Source: Chiloscyllium plagiosum
Taxonomy: Eukaryota
Length of the DNA: 64,000 nucleotides
Reading direction: 5' to 3'
Assembly (NCBI RefSeq): GCF_004010195.1
Contig: NC_057718.1
Location: 81,920,427 to 81,984,426, forward strand
The position numbers were made by a program, and so were the translations under genes. The notes under the pieces were generated by a model. The model had not been told where the DNA came from. It saw only the letters and a list, made by a program, of their open reading frames with translations, and did no database searches. Below are positions 28,011 through 40,097 of the stretch, in pieces. Numbering within the stretch: the first letter of the stretch is position 1; each line of letters begins with the position of its first letter.

Positions 28011-28858
28011 GGTTTGCCAAAGTCTGTGCTGCATTCCTTCATCTTTCTAGTTAGGTGGTTGAGAAAAAAATATTAGCCTCATAGTTAATAAGAATAAATT
28101 TGGCTTTCTGCTCATGATCTTTTATTGATGGCACTTCTCGGAGAGGAAATGTTTTCAAGCATTGAGCAGGAATCAGCTGTGATACTTCTATTGACCTTAG
28201 ACTCTTCTAACAAATACAGTTCAGATTCACACAGATTTAACAAAGGTCTAATGCCAGAAATCTTTGTGAAATTAGTGGCTCTGCATTCATAGCTGAGAAG
28301 CTTGGGTGATCAATTCTTGTTGTGAATTCAGATTGAAACCTATTTGTCATTCTAGAAAAGGGACTGAAGGAATTTCTCAATGTTGCACTTTCTATGAAAA
28401 TTGCAGAGAAATTTGCACGTGTTCAGTAATTCATCTATGAGTATCAGCCCGCTGGACCAGAAGACCATGTTAACAGTCCAATCTGATCTTTGTTCACTTA
28501 ATGGACTAGAACCAATTCGCTAACTTTTTTTTTCAGAAAGCCGAATGCTGCAGAGAAATCTGTTCTTCTTAAAGTATTTATAGGATGTAGGTAAGCAGGT
28601 ATGTTAATTTTGGGTTATTTAGAGGGATAGACATTTATACTTCCATATTACAGAGTATAATTGATTGCCAGTCTTGTATTTCATTAAATAAAATCTGTTG
28701 TAAGATAAACCAATAATTTTAAGTTTGTTAAAGAAACTTGGCTAATAGATATTTTTACTTAAAACCTGAGTTAAATATTTAAATTGTCACCTCTGCATCT
28801 GGGAATATGATTTTATTTTTATGTCACGCCCTTGGAATACTGGCAGTATTGTGTCTAG

Positions 28859-29029
28859 AGTCAGGAGTGTGGTGCTGGAAAAGGAATGCACGTCAGGCAG
28901 CATCCGAGGAAGAGTTTTTGCCCGAAACATCGATTTTCCTGCTCCTTGGATGCTGCCTGACCTGCTGTGCTTTTCCAGCACCACACTCTTGACTCTAATC
29001 CCCAGCATCTGTAGTACTCATTTTCACCT
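28859..29029. mobile_element. Fold-back PLE mini-insertion (family A) inside a CR1 3' fragment (about 28820-29535)
   Basis: Inverted arms; TSD agta(t/c)tgtgtctag at 28845-28858 and 29030-29043. Confidence 0.8.
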
Positions 29030-29752
29030 AGTACTGTGTCTAGTTCTGGTCTCCCTGTCATAGGAAGGATATTATTAAGCTGGAGAGGGTTCAGAAGAGA
29101 TTTACCAGAATGTTACCAGGAATGGAGGGTTTAGGTTATAAGGAGAGGCTGGACAGACTGTCATTTTTTTCACTGGAGTGTAGGAGATTGAGGGATGACC
29201 TTATAAAGGTATATAAAAATAATGAAGGATATAAATAAGGTGAACACCAGGAGTCTTTCCTCTAGGGTGAGGGATTTCAAGGGTGTAGGCACATATTTTA
29301 AAGTGACAGGAGGAAGACTTAAATGGACTTGGGCAGTGTTTTTTTCCAGAGAGTGGCTTTGTGTGGACTGAACTTCCAGATGAAGTGTTGGATGTGGGTA
29401 CAATTACAACATTTAAAAGACAATTAGATAAGTACATGAATAAGAAATGGGCCAAGTGTAGACAGATGGACCAGTTTAGTTTGGGATTGTGGTCGGCATG
29501 GACTGGTTGGCTCGAAGGATCTGCTTCAATAATTCTATTAGAGCAGCAGCACACTGTTTCAACATCAATCATAACAGCCAATCAAGTACTTTTAAAGTAC
29601 AGTCATTGTTTTAATTCAAGAAATCCAGCAACCAAATGAGCGCACAGCATCTTCCCACATATTGGAACACAATAACATCCAGATCATATTCTTGAGGGAT
29701 AAACATTAGCCAGAATACAAAAGATAATTCTCCTGCTCTTCTTCAAAATAAT

Positions 29753-29865
29753 TAGAGACAAACAAAGGATCCTGAAGAAGGGTTACACCTGAAACGTTGA
29801 CTTCTCTACTCCCTGATGCTGCCTGGCTTGCTGTGTTCTTCCAGCCTCTTGCCTGTCTATTTCTC
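29753..29865 (+). mobile_element. PLE pseudo-LTR fragment with a hammerhead core and a 12-bp TSD
   Basis: TSD cttcaaaataat at 29741-29752 and 29866-29877. Confidence 0.78.
29772..29798 (+). ncRNA. Minimal type I hammerhead ribozyme motif
   Basis: CTGAAGA-A-GGGT tac ACCT-GAAA-CG-TT. Confidence 0.6.
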
Positions 29866-30885
29866 CTTCAAAATAATGCCATGGGATTTTTTTTTTTACA
29901 TTTACCTGAGAGGGGAGACAGGGCCTCAATTTAAAATCTTATTCAAAAGATAGCACCTCAGCATTGCAGTGTACCCCCAGTACTGGACTGGTAGTTCAGC
30001 CTAGACTATTGCACTCAAGTCCTGAACTGGAACTTGGAATGCACAACCTTTTGACTCAGAGGAGATTACTATCAATTGGACCTTGTCTGACATACATAAG
30101 AAAAAAATGAGAGAGAAAGATATTGTGTAAATTAAATTTTAAAACTATTGTTTTGTGAAAATTAATTATATTTGCAACCATTACACTGAAAGAACACAGT
30201 TAAAATTTTTAGAAAATCAAGAAATTAAGAAAAGTCCACCTATCTCTTTCATTAAAATAAACTTATGATGGCATGTTTTCTTTTTTGGACACTTGTTAAT
30301 TAGTTCTAAAAACACTGGAGATAGAAAAAAAGGCTTTTTGAAAAAGTAATCTCATCCTGATAGTCATTGATTACAGAGATTTGCAGGATTGTTCTTAACA
30401 ACATAGAGATTGGCAATTCACCCCAACATGTCTGTTCTATATAAAGTTCCACCACCTGAGTTCATTTCACCAAAACATTTTGCCCATCACCTAATTATCC
30501 ATTTTCCTCTTAAATCCATCTGTGAAAACCATATTAATATCTGCGTGTGTGTTAGACCTTTTTGTCAACCTCAAAGACGATTTCCTGAATTCCTAACCGA
30601 AATCATTAAAGGCAATCTTGTATTTATGGCTCTTGGCTTTGCACTCCCCCACAGATGGCATCATCTTCTCCACATCTATTCTGTCAAACTCACCCATAAT
30701 TTTGAAGATTTTCCATCAGGTCACCCCTCAGTTCTCTCTTTGCTAAAGAAAAGAACCTCAAGCTGATCAGTCTCTCCTGATCATTATCTCAACACAGTTT
30801 TTGTGATGAATCCTCTATGAATACATCAAAGTATTCATAGATGGCAACCTTACAACAACTAAAAAAACATAGCAATCATATGTAC

Positions 30886-31076
30886 CAGAGTATCCTTGAA
30901 AGAACTCTGCAGACCATCAGTGATTATAGAGGGTACCATAGAATGCTTCAGCTCATTCTCCAGCTCTTGAATCATTGCTGTTGTTTTAAAAATATGGTCT
31001 CTCAGTGACAACATCTGTTCCATGCCAAGCGGCAGCTGTTTTCTAGTTTTCATGTCCTTCAAATCAGACTGCTCTT
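30886..31076 (-). CDS. C6orf118: C6orf118 exon (EEQSDLKDMKTRKQLPLG...IQELENELKHSMVPSIITDGLQSSFKDTL)
   Basis: 191 nt, ttgtag|AA...CTG|gtacat, phase 1/0; IQELENELKHSMV resembles human IQALEKEIKTTLV. The donor is weaker than the others. Confidence 0.82.
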
Positions 31077-32961
31077 CTACAATTTAAAAGAAATAAACAG
31101 AGACTTGCATTTATAAAGCACCTTTCACAATCTTGGGACATCCTGAAATACTTTTTAGGAAATAAATTTTAGGAAATACAGGGAAACACAGTAGCCACTT
31201 TTCGCATATTGAGGTCCCAAAATAACAATGGATAACTGTCAGATTCAATTACTTATCAGTCGTTGGATAAATATTAACTAGTAAACCAGGAAAAATGTTC
31301 CCATTTTTCTTCAAAATTATGTCATGGAGTCTATGGCCTCACATTAATGTCTCCTTCAATAAACAGAACAGTATTGTTACTTTGGTCACTTTCCTCATTA
31401 GGACAGCTTTTCAGATAAACAAAACCAAGCACCTACCTTAGGTTAAATTAATATCTATAATTTTGAATATAAATGACTCAAATGGACATAAAAAAACTAT
31501 TTCCTCTGATGGGAGAATATAGAACAAAGGTACATAATCTTAAAATTAGAGTCAGGTCAATCAGGGTTGAAATCTAGAATTGTTTTTTCCACATAAAGGA
31601 TAATAGAAATCTGGTCCACACCCCTGTGAATGCTGGGTCAAATTCCATTTTCAAGAATAAGATTGATAGATTTTTATTAGGGAAGGGAAACTAATCAGCT
31701 AAGTTGGGTAAATGGAGTTTAGGTACAGATGATCTGCGATCTATTAGAAGGGGCTGAAGAGTCGGAATTATCTCTTAGTTGCGCAGTGACTGCAAACACA
31801 AGTATTTCCTACAGTATTAGCACAGACTTTACATGGAACTGTATATCGAGTGTGATGAAAGGTGTATTATTTTTGGAACTTGGATTTTAAAATGTCTTCA
31901 GCTAATTACTTAGCAGACCCTTTGGAGTTAATAGATAAGAGATTTATACAGTTGCGTTAATGCAGGCAGAGTAAACATATTAGTCTACTTTGGAGCAAAA
32001 GAATCAACCTTTTTCTGGTCAGTATTCATTGCTGAAGAAAACTACACTTTGTGTGAAAAAAATTACCACTCTGGTCCTTTTTAAATCTTGCCCCTCTCAC
32101 CTTAAACCCAGTTTTGGACTCCTACATATAAGGGAAACAAACTTGGCTATTCACCCCTTACGAGTTTATAAACTTTTATAAAGTCACCCCTCAGTCTCTG
32201 ATACTCCAAAGCCTGTTCTTTCAATCAGTGAGATCACGGCTGATTCACACCCAACATTTAGATGCCCATGTCACCATCACGTACCCACCAACGATGCTAG
32301 CCTCTCTCATTCTCTTCTCTCAGGTTTCACAAACATTTAGCCATTCAGTTAGGACAGGCTTTTGCAACATACTCATGTCATTTTTTCCTCTCTCAAAGCA
32401 TATGGTTGTCCACAACATTCACAACGATGTATGTCCCTACTTTATCCCTCCTCTTTATCTCTCCACCTCACCCTCATCCTGACATGAAGTACAATCTGCA
32501 GATGGTGTGATCATGAGCTTCTTACTTTTCATCCCATTCACCTCCATTCATGCAACACCCCAATGTCTGATTTTGTATTTTCAGGTACTCCAGAGCTACT
32601 GCCTGATCAGTCACTGCAGCCTCCTGAACAGTGAGATATATGCTACATTACTGTCAAAGAAATACTGTCACTTGATCAGAGATTCACAGATGCCAGTTCA
32701 GATACTGGCACTGTGTACACCTTTGACAGAATATAGTATCCTGATCTAGTCATGGTGAGGTATGAGATATGGGGTATGACTGAGCTGTAGCCAGGTTAGA
32801 GGGGTAGGACAACTTGTTTACTTTGCCATAGGATGAGGTCACAGTTGAGTTCTGCTACAGGGACTCAAAATTCAATGAGGTTACCTACAGGAGAATACTG
32901 TTGAAAATGTGTTGCTGGAAAAGCGCAGGAGGTCAGGCAATATCCAAGGAACAGGAGAATC

Positions 32962-32989
32962 GACGTTTCGGGCATAAGCCCTTCTTCAG
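32962..32989 (-). ncRNA. Minimal type I hammerhead ribozyme motif
   Basis: Reverse complement is CTGAAGA-A-GGGC ttat GCCC-GAAA-CG-TC. Confidence 0.75.
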
Positions 32990-33282
32990 GAATGAGGAAA
33001 GTGTTCCCAGCAGGCTAAGATAAAAGGTAGGGAGGAGGGACTTGAGGGAGGGGCATTGGAAATGCGATAGGTGGAAGGAGGTCAAGGTGAGGGTGATAAG
33101 CCGGAGTGGGGGCGGAGAGGTCAGGAAGAAGATTGCAGGTTAGGAAGGCGGTGCTGAGTTCGAGGGATTTGACTGAGACCCTCATCTTGGCCTCCTTCCA
33201 CCTATCGCATTTCCAATGCCCCTCCCTCAAGTCCCTCCTCCCTACCTTTTATCTTAGCCTGCTGGGCACACTTTCCTCATTC

Positions 33283-33310
33283 CTGAAGAAGGGCTTATGC
33301 CCGAAACGTC
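33283..33310 (+). ncRNA. Minimal type I hammerhead ribozyme motif
   Basis: CTGAAGA-A-GGGC ttat GCCC-GAAA-CG-TC. Confidence 0.75.
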
Positions 33311-33442
33311 GATTCTCCTGTTCCTTGGATGCTGCCTGACCTGCTGCGCTTTTCCAGCAACACATTTTCAGCTCTGATCTCCAGCCTCTGCAGTCCTCAC
33401 TTTCTCCTACAGGAGAATGTTGCAGTGCATTTTCAATGAGAT

Positions 33443-33665
33443 TGAGAGTGTGATGCTGGAAAAGCACAGCAGGTCAGGCAGCATCCGAGGAGCAGGAAAA
33501 TTGATGTTTTGGGCAAAAGTCTTTCATCAGGATTCCTAATGAAGGACTTTTGCCCAAATGTCAATTTTCCTGCTCCTCGAACGCTGTCTGACTTGCTGTG
33601 CTTTTCCAGCACCACACTCTCAACTCTAATCTCCAGCATCTGCCGTACTCACTTTTGCCTACTCA
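33443..33665. mobile_element. Older fold-back PLE mini-insertion with decayed hammerhead motifs
   Basis: Inverted arms around about 33533; direct repeat caatgagat at 33434-33442 and 33666-33674. Confidence 0.75.
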
Positions 33666-34129
33666 CAATGAGATGTTTGGTACATAGCTAAGGACTGCTC
33701 AGCAGACTTGTCAATTTCAAAGAGCTCGGAGGAATCTGGCTTAAACAATGACACATTGATCACAAACAGCTAGGGGTCCATACTTTCCATTGTGAAAGTG
33801 ATGGCCAGGTCCAGGACAGCCGTTGTGCAACCTGCCATGATTTAGCATCTGAGCATTGTTTTCACTGTTTCACTGCAGCAGAGACAGAAACTACCCAACA
33901 TTTATTGCCCTGCTGGATGCAGGACTCAACACTGAAATGAGGCAAGTTGTCACAACAGTGTAGCAATCTGTCTTCTAATACATTACTAGGATTGGCTCCA
34001 TGGAGTGCAATACTGGTGTTCTACAATGGGATGACAGCACTCATGCTCTCAATGCTGACAATCTGCCAGGGTCCTTGTTGAATCTCAGTGAGCCAGTCCA
34101 GACTGCTGCCACTATACTGAAGTGGTACA

Positions 34130-34550
34130 ATCCTAAATTGGGGCCTCAAGGTTCAAAGCTGCTCAACCTCTCCTGATAAGAAAATCCCTCCATACTGGGG
34201 ATCAGCTTAGTGTACCTGCTCTCGATTGCTTCCAATGCCAATATATCTTTCCTTAGATAAGTGGGCAAAACGTGTTCACAACTATTGTGGTGTGGTCTAA
34301 ATGGTGTCAGGTATTGTTTCTGCAATACTTCATCTTTTTTTATTTAATTCCCTTTGAAATAAAGGCCAACATTCTGTTGTCTTCCCTAAGATCTGAAATT
34401 AGATGCCTGTGATTTATGCTTGAGGACCTTCTATTTTTCTCTATATTGCAGCCTTCTGCAGTCTTTCTTCATTTAACTAATATTCAGCTCTTCTAAACTT
34501 CCTGGGAAAAGGAATATCCTCACATTTCCACATTATATCCATATCTTCTT
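34130..34550 (-). mobile_element. CR1-group LINE fragment
   Basis: Degenerate reverse complement of the ORF2 C-terminus (similar to 51420-51660). Confidence 0.55.
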
Positions 34551-34831
34551 GATTGTAGCAAAACGCACAGCAAAGACAGCATTTATAATAAAAAATGCAC
34601 ATCATTATGAAATTTAACAAAAGAAAATCAATGTTTAAGGCCATGCAGCAACTTGTGCTTACTCTAAATAAACAGCTGACTAAAATTACAAGGGAGAAAC
34701 TGCAGTAAGCAACGAGTGGTAGCACAAAGTTCTCATACCCACTACATCTGTATTTCATTTTGACACCTTTGTTGAGGGGGCTTGCCAATCCTTCTAAAAT
34801 TGGTAATGCTAAAGCAAAAAGCTTAACTTAC

Positions 34832-34890
34832 CTTGCTGTTCAGATAAGTGCTCTGGTTTGGAAAGTTCAGCCTCAAGTTCATTTCTGAGC
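34832..34890 (-). CDS. C6orf118: C6orf118 exon (LRNELEAELSKPEHLSEQQ)
   Basis: 59 nt, tttcttgtttag|G...G|gtaagt, phase 2/1, compatible with both neighbours; resembles human LRSELEME. Confidence 0.88.
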
Positions 34891-35204
34891 CTAAACAAGA
34901 AACATGTTGACCATGTTATAAACATGCATCAGGACTATTTAGAATTGGGTAGCTGCATGAGATGTGATTCTGCCCTTTTACAAACATACTTTGCTCTCTA
35001 TCATATGCCCTCCCAACCACTTCCAGAGCAAGGGACACTCAGTCTTCCATCAACCCAAATGACCTTAGCTGATTATTGGTGACTATAAACGTATTGTTAA
35101 CTTTCTGCTGGTGTAGCATTAGCTGCTGTGAACCAGTGATACCACTTGACTCCAGTTTCAATCTAATAGATAGCAGCCCATGAAATCCCATGAATGTCAT
35201 TTTG

Positions 35205-36110
35205 TCTTTCCTTGGATGTAGGCATCGCTAGCTAGTCCAAAATTTATTGCTGTCTTTCTTGAACAGCTGCATTCCATGTGGTGTAGGACACCCATTGTGC
35301 TGATAGAAAGTAAGTCCCTTGACAATGAAGTTGTAGTGGCATTGTTCCAAGTCAGGAAGGCATGTGGCGAGTACTTGCAGATGGTGGTGTTCTCGTATAG
35401 CTGCTATCTTTGTTCTTCCAGTTGGTAAAGGGTATGGATTTAAAAAATGCTGTCCATATTTCTGGGTGGGTTGCTGCCATGCATCTTCCATACATTGGCA
35501 GGGAAGGGAGAGATTGTTGAAGATGGTGGAAGTGGTGCCAGTTATGTGGAGTTGCTTTGTCCCGAATGGTATCGAGTCTTTTGAATGTTGTTAGAGATGC
35601 ATCCATCCAGGTAAGTGGAGAATATTCTGTCATACACTTTACTTGTGTCTTGTAGATGATGGATAGACATTAGGAAAACAGGAGATGAGTATCTTTCTGC
35701 AGAATTTCTGGCCTCTAACCTGCTGTCATAACCACAGTATTTACCTGGCTGGTCTAGTTCAGTTTCTGGCTAATAGTATACACCATGATGTTTAAAGTAG
35801 TGTATTCAATTATGGTAACATCACTGAATATCAATAGGGAGATGCTTAGATTCTCCCTTGTTGGTGATGATCACTGCCTGTCACTTGTCTGATGTGAATG
35901 TTTTTTGCTGCTTATCAGGCCAATGTTGTCCAGGTCTTGCTGCATATGGACGTGGGCTCTTTCAGTATCTGAGGAATCATGAATGGTGCTGAATATTGTG
36001 CAACCATCAGCGAAGATTCACACGTCTGACCTTTTGATGGAGGAAAGGTCATTAATGTAGCAGCTCATTAATGTAGAGATGTTTGGGTCTCAGACATGAC
36101 ACTGAGGAAA
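35205..36110 (-). mobile_element. Old CR1/L2-group LINE 3' fragment (second family)
   Basis: MTEYSPLTWMDASLTTFKRLDTIRDKA; homologous to 1385-2800. Confidence 0.72.
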
Positions 36111-36684
36111 CAATCAGCTCTTGTGGTGCAATGTGGAGGCCTGGGTTCAAGTCCCACCTGCTTCAGAAGTGTGTAACAATATTTCTGAACAAGTCAATTA
36201 GAAAATATCCATTCTGAGGCAACTCCGACATCCCAATAATAAAATACACTATTTTTGTTCTCTGGATTGTTTTAACTGGTTAGTTTAAAGGGTGTATCTG
36301 TTAGTGACAATATGTGACACAAATAGAAATGTTGGATACATAGAAAATGTGAGTATGTGACATACATGCAACTGTCCATGAGCAGTGAAGGCAGCTAGAT
36401 GGCAGGGGTTACTGTACAAAAAAACAGCTAACCAGAGCCCAATAAAGTAACTCTGGCTGCAGAGATGTTTCTGCAAGGAACGAGATGGGATTGTTGGGGA
36501 GGATGGGATGAGAGGGATGGATGAGATGATGAAATTGATTATCTACAGCAAACTGGAGGGTACAATTATTTAATACAACTTATTATTCAAAGTTTGTGCT
36601 AAAAATTAAGATTCACTAGATTTGAATGCTAACATTTTTCCAGGTGAATTAAAATAATATATTGGCATTGATTCCATAGAGACG

Positions 36685-36774
36685 AAGAGTGATGCTGGAA
36701 AAGCACAGCCGGTCAGGCAGCATCCAAGGTGCAGCAGAATTGATGTTTCGGGCAAAAGTCCTTCATCAGGAATC
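36685..36774 (-). mobile_element. PLE pseudo-LTR fragment with a hammerhead-like core (36742-36769)
   Basis: Reverse complement is CTGATGA-A-GGAC tttt GCCC-GAAA-CA-TC; imperfect flanking repeat gattcca(t/c)aga. Confidence 0.7.
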
Positions 36775-38094
36775 GATTCCACAGACAAAAGATGATGATA
36801 AGAGTCTATACTCTTCAGAGTTTCTACACAGTTAGATTTTAACAGGCATGCACTGTACTGAATTAAACTCGAGGATGGAGCAATTTTAATGCTTTTTAAA
36901 AAGACTTAAAGCCTAAATGAGTACTTGGTCATAGAACATGATTGGTAGTTAAAAAGTTATTTGCTTCAATGGTAGAATCCAAAATTATAATACAGATTTC
37001 AAGAAATTGAGTGTCAAATCTTCCTCTGAACTTGAGAAAACATGACCTGTGTGTGACCTGAGCTGCTACTTTTGTCTTTCATATTCAGGTTGAGTTTGCA
37101 GTGTGCAAAGAGTGTGGGTACAGAGACAATTCAGTTAGAAAGCCCACTTCAGATCTCCAACAAAGGATTTTAATTAAATTCCAATTGTATTAAAAGTTGT
37201 CAGTCACTCAAACCGTCATTCACTACATATCTCACCTCCAGGCCAAACCCTCCCTACCCATCCAGTTTACTGAAACTTTTCTTACATTTGATCTCATTAT
37301 GCATGCTTGACTGAGAACACAGACTCACAAAACAATTTTATCGGGAGATTATGTTTTGACAGCTGGACAGAAATGTTATTGAATTTCCTTGATTAGAATC
37401 TTAATCTAGTTAGAATAAATTGTTCTTTGAGTGATCTCAGTGTTTATTTGTATGATCAAGAGGTATGAAGTCTTTGCTTTGATACTTCAATGTCTGTCTG
37501 ATTGACACTTTTATAGGGTTATAGAAACAGCAGGTTTTTTTCAAAATAGAACTTGTGATCTTTCTCTAAGTAATTATTACTATATGTCCTTTTACTACGT
37601 GGTTCATCACTTCTGTAAACAGTGTATACTGGATGAATGGGCATGAATGTGCCACATATTGGCTTGCAAGATATGAGGAGCCATGGACAGTGAATGAAAG
37701 ACATGGAAGCTACATGAAACGGTAGGGGTGCAGCCTTCAGCCAGTAAATGTGATAATGCTCAAGAGGGTGCTCCCTCTTGTGACCCAGTCATTTTAGGAG
37801 GTTTCCCATGGCAACCACAAAAGGCTGCTGCTTGCCTCACACATGGCTCCTGTTTAGGTTTGCCACCTCATCACTGGCCCAACTCCCTAATTTGATAGTG
37901 AACAGGGAAGCAGCCTGTAAATTGATTGTCGTACTAAGATCACATTGGAATGTGCATCAATGACATGAACAAGGACAGGACACTGAAATAGTATCAATGT
38001 TTCAAGTTTCTTTAAGTGGAGTCAAGTCTGGTTAACATCATTACGATAATATGAAAGTTAAAGCAATTTTTTCACAGACATGGCATACACATAC

Positions 38095-38219
38095 TCATCA
38101 TTCTTCTGCAATGCAAGTCTCGCTTCCTGTTCCAGACTTAAAACTTTCTGTTGCACCTCCTCTACATGGTGAGTTTTCACTGTCCTGGTAGCCATACCTC
38201 GGAGTTCAGCCTGCAAGAT
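38095..38219 (-). CDS. C6orf118: C6orf118 exon (ILQAELRGMATRTVKTHHVEEVQQKVLSLEQEARLALQKND)
   Basis: 125 nt, caacag|ATC...GA|gtatgt, phase 0/2; coiled-coil-like; VKT and AL..ND motifs are shared with human as recalled. Confidence 0.9.
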
Positions 38220-38230
38220 CTGTTGGGTTT

Positions 38231-38329
38231 AGAGTCAGAGTCAGAGAGATGTACAGCACGGAAACAGACCCTTCAATGCAACTCATCTATGCCGACCAGA
38301 TATCCCAACCCAATCTATTCCCACTGCAG
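38231..38329 (-). mobile_element. About 100-bp CR1 LINE 3' end inside the 3' splice site of exon 38095-38219
   Basis: Reverse complement reads tgggaatagattgggttgggatatctggtcggcat...gaagggtctgtttccgtgctgtacatctctctgactctgactct, the same 3' end as at 580-669. Confidence 0.85.
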
Positions 38330-38469
38330 AAGAAGAAAATTAATTTTAAAACCATTAAGCTTCCTGAAAACCTTAATCTTTTAAATTTTTATCATTAACG
38401 GTAATCAATAAAATACTGTTGCTGTCCTAGCAATGAGGAGGACATTGTATAGTTATCCCATTATAGTTA

Positions 38470-38615
38470 CGAGGTAAAAACAATGACTGCAGATGCTGGA
38501 AACCAGATTCTGGATCAGTGGTGCTGGAAGAGCACAGCAATTCAGGCAGCATCCGAGGACAGGCCTGTCGGATGCTGCCTGAATTGCTGTGCTCTTCCAG
38601 CACCACTGATCCAGA
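38470..38615. mobile_element. Fold-back PLE mini-insertion with perfect 51-bp arms and a 15-bp TSD
   Basis: 38506-38556 is the exact reverse complement of 38568-38618; TSD atcccattatagtta at 38455-38469 and 38616-38630. Confidence 0.9.
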
Positions 38616-39494
38616 ATCCCATTATAGTTATACAGCACCAAAGTTCTTCATTGTCTTTTAGCATTTCCAGCTTCTTGGTGCAGAAGTTGCAATATATGAT
38701 AGTAATGAGTTAATCATTACTATTAACTGCTTATCTTCAAATGGTGTCACAGGACTTTTAATTCCATGTGAGAGGGCGGCAAGGCATTTCAAAAAGAGAA
38801 CCTCTGAAAGTGTGCCACTCTCTCATAACTGCACCCTTCAGAGGTGGGCGCACATTTCTTTGAAATGGACAATGAACCCATAACTGCCCGGACTCAGAGG
38901 TGATAATGCTATCAATTGTGTCAAAGTTGATACTCATAAAACTCACTTCTGTTTCACAGGTTCCCTGAGTTAAGGCATTCTGTTGACAGATTTCTTGCCC
39001 AAATTCAGTAGCACTGGAGCTCTGCTCAGCAGCTTTTGTAAGCACTTTTTTTTGTTGACAGTCTACAGATTATCAAGTTTGCTAATAGCATTTTAAAAAG
39101 TAATTCTTGGGATGTAGGCATCATTGTCAAAGGTTAGCATTTATCACCAAGGAATGGTTGCCTCCTTATGCAGCCTATGTGAAGGGGGTCCTCCAATGCT
39201 TTTACAGAATTCAGGGATTTTGACCAAAATTTTAACTCAACTTCTGAGCTGCTCGGTAGGATAATGACTCGGAGTTGATCAAAGTTAAGGGAGCAAAAGT
39301 TGCAAACTGGCCAGCACAGTTGAAGTGGATGATTGAGGTAAGGTGGGTCAAGTTCATGAATGTGAGAAGCTGTAATAAAGATCTTGACATTGACTTGCTG
39401 AAACATAGCCAAAGAATCTTGCAAGAGGCAATAACATATGTGATAGTATATTGAATAGTTCCTATTCAAAATTGCTCCTATTGGTATAGCAATG

Positions 39495-39785
39495 ATTAGC
39501 ACTGCTGTTCAGAGTACCAGGGACCCAGGTTTGATTCCAACCTTAGGCTGTCTGCGCAGAGTTTGCACATTCTCCGTGTGTCTACATGGGTTTCCTCCGG
39601 GTGCTTCGGTTTCCTCCCACAGTCCAAAGATGTGCAGGTTAGGTGGATTCGATATGCTAAATTGCCCATAGTATCCAGGGATGTGTAGGTTAGGTGAAAT
39701 AGTCATGGGCAATGCAAGGTTACAGGGTTAAGGTAGGTGACTGGATCTGGGTGGGACTGTTCCACATTATAGGGATTCTATGATG
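39495..39785 (+). mobile_element. HE1-like SINE
   Basis: ttagcactgctg...ggtttgattcc...cctcccacagtccaaagatgtgcaggttagg...attctatg. Confidence 0.8.
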
Positions 39786-40097
39786 ATTCTTTCTTACAGA
39801 ACTCTATCAGTTTTGAGTATATAGATTTCAGACAAATTCAATTTCTTTTAATTGTATTGAAAACTACAGAGGTTAACATTTCTTAACATTTACACAATGA
39901 TGTTCCAGAATCGTTTAATTACTAGATCACACCTAGATATAATCATTTTTGCTTTTTGCAGTAGAAATAGGTCAGAGATCAAATATTTAAGAAAGTAAAA
40001 AAAAAAGAACTTGGAAAGGAAATTGGATTTGTATGGGGAGACAGAATATTCAAGACAAGTTCAATAAATAAATCCATATAACTTTTCATTTCATTTT

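Larger units (their letters stand above)
29560..30085 (-). mobile_element. DeuSINE (SacSINE1/AmnSINE1-like Deu domain)
   Basis: Reverse complement reads gaggtgctatcttttgaataag...gaggccctgtctcccctctcaggt...atcccatggcattattttgaag/aagagcaggag, matching the recalled Deu-domain consensus. Partial copies at about 31095-31370 and 38745-38925. Confidence 0.7.
32897..33405. mobile_element. Young fold-back PLE insertion (family A), about 193-bp arms, 13-bp TSD
   Basis: 32902-33094 is inverted to 33178-33370 with few mismatches; TSD cctacaggagaat at 32884-32896 and 33406-33418. Confidence 0.9.

Noticed and set aside
32897..33665. Recurrent ORFs such as MCCWKSAAGQAASKEQENRRFGHK and LLGCCLTCCAFPA as a small-protein family
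   Set aside because: They are translations of the non-coding PLE pseudo-LTR on either strand.
32200..34130. Possible decayed DNA-transposon coding sequence around the fold-backs
   Set aside because: No diagnostic motif or terminus could be identified.
37801..37815. RFX X-box-like gtttcccatggcaac
   Set aside because: Imperfect, single and deep in an intron, with no conservation or chromatin evidence available.
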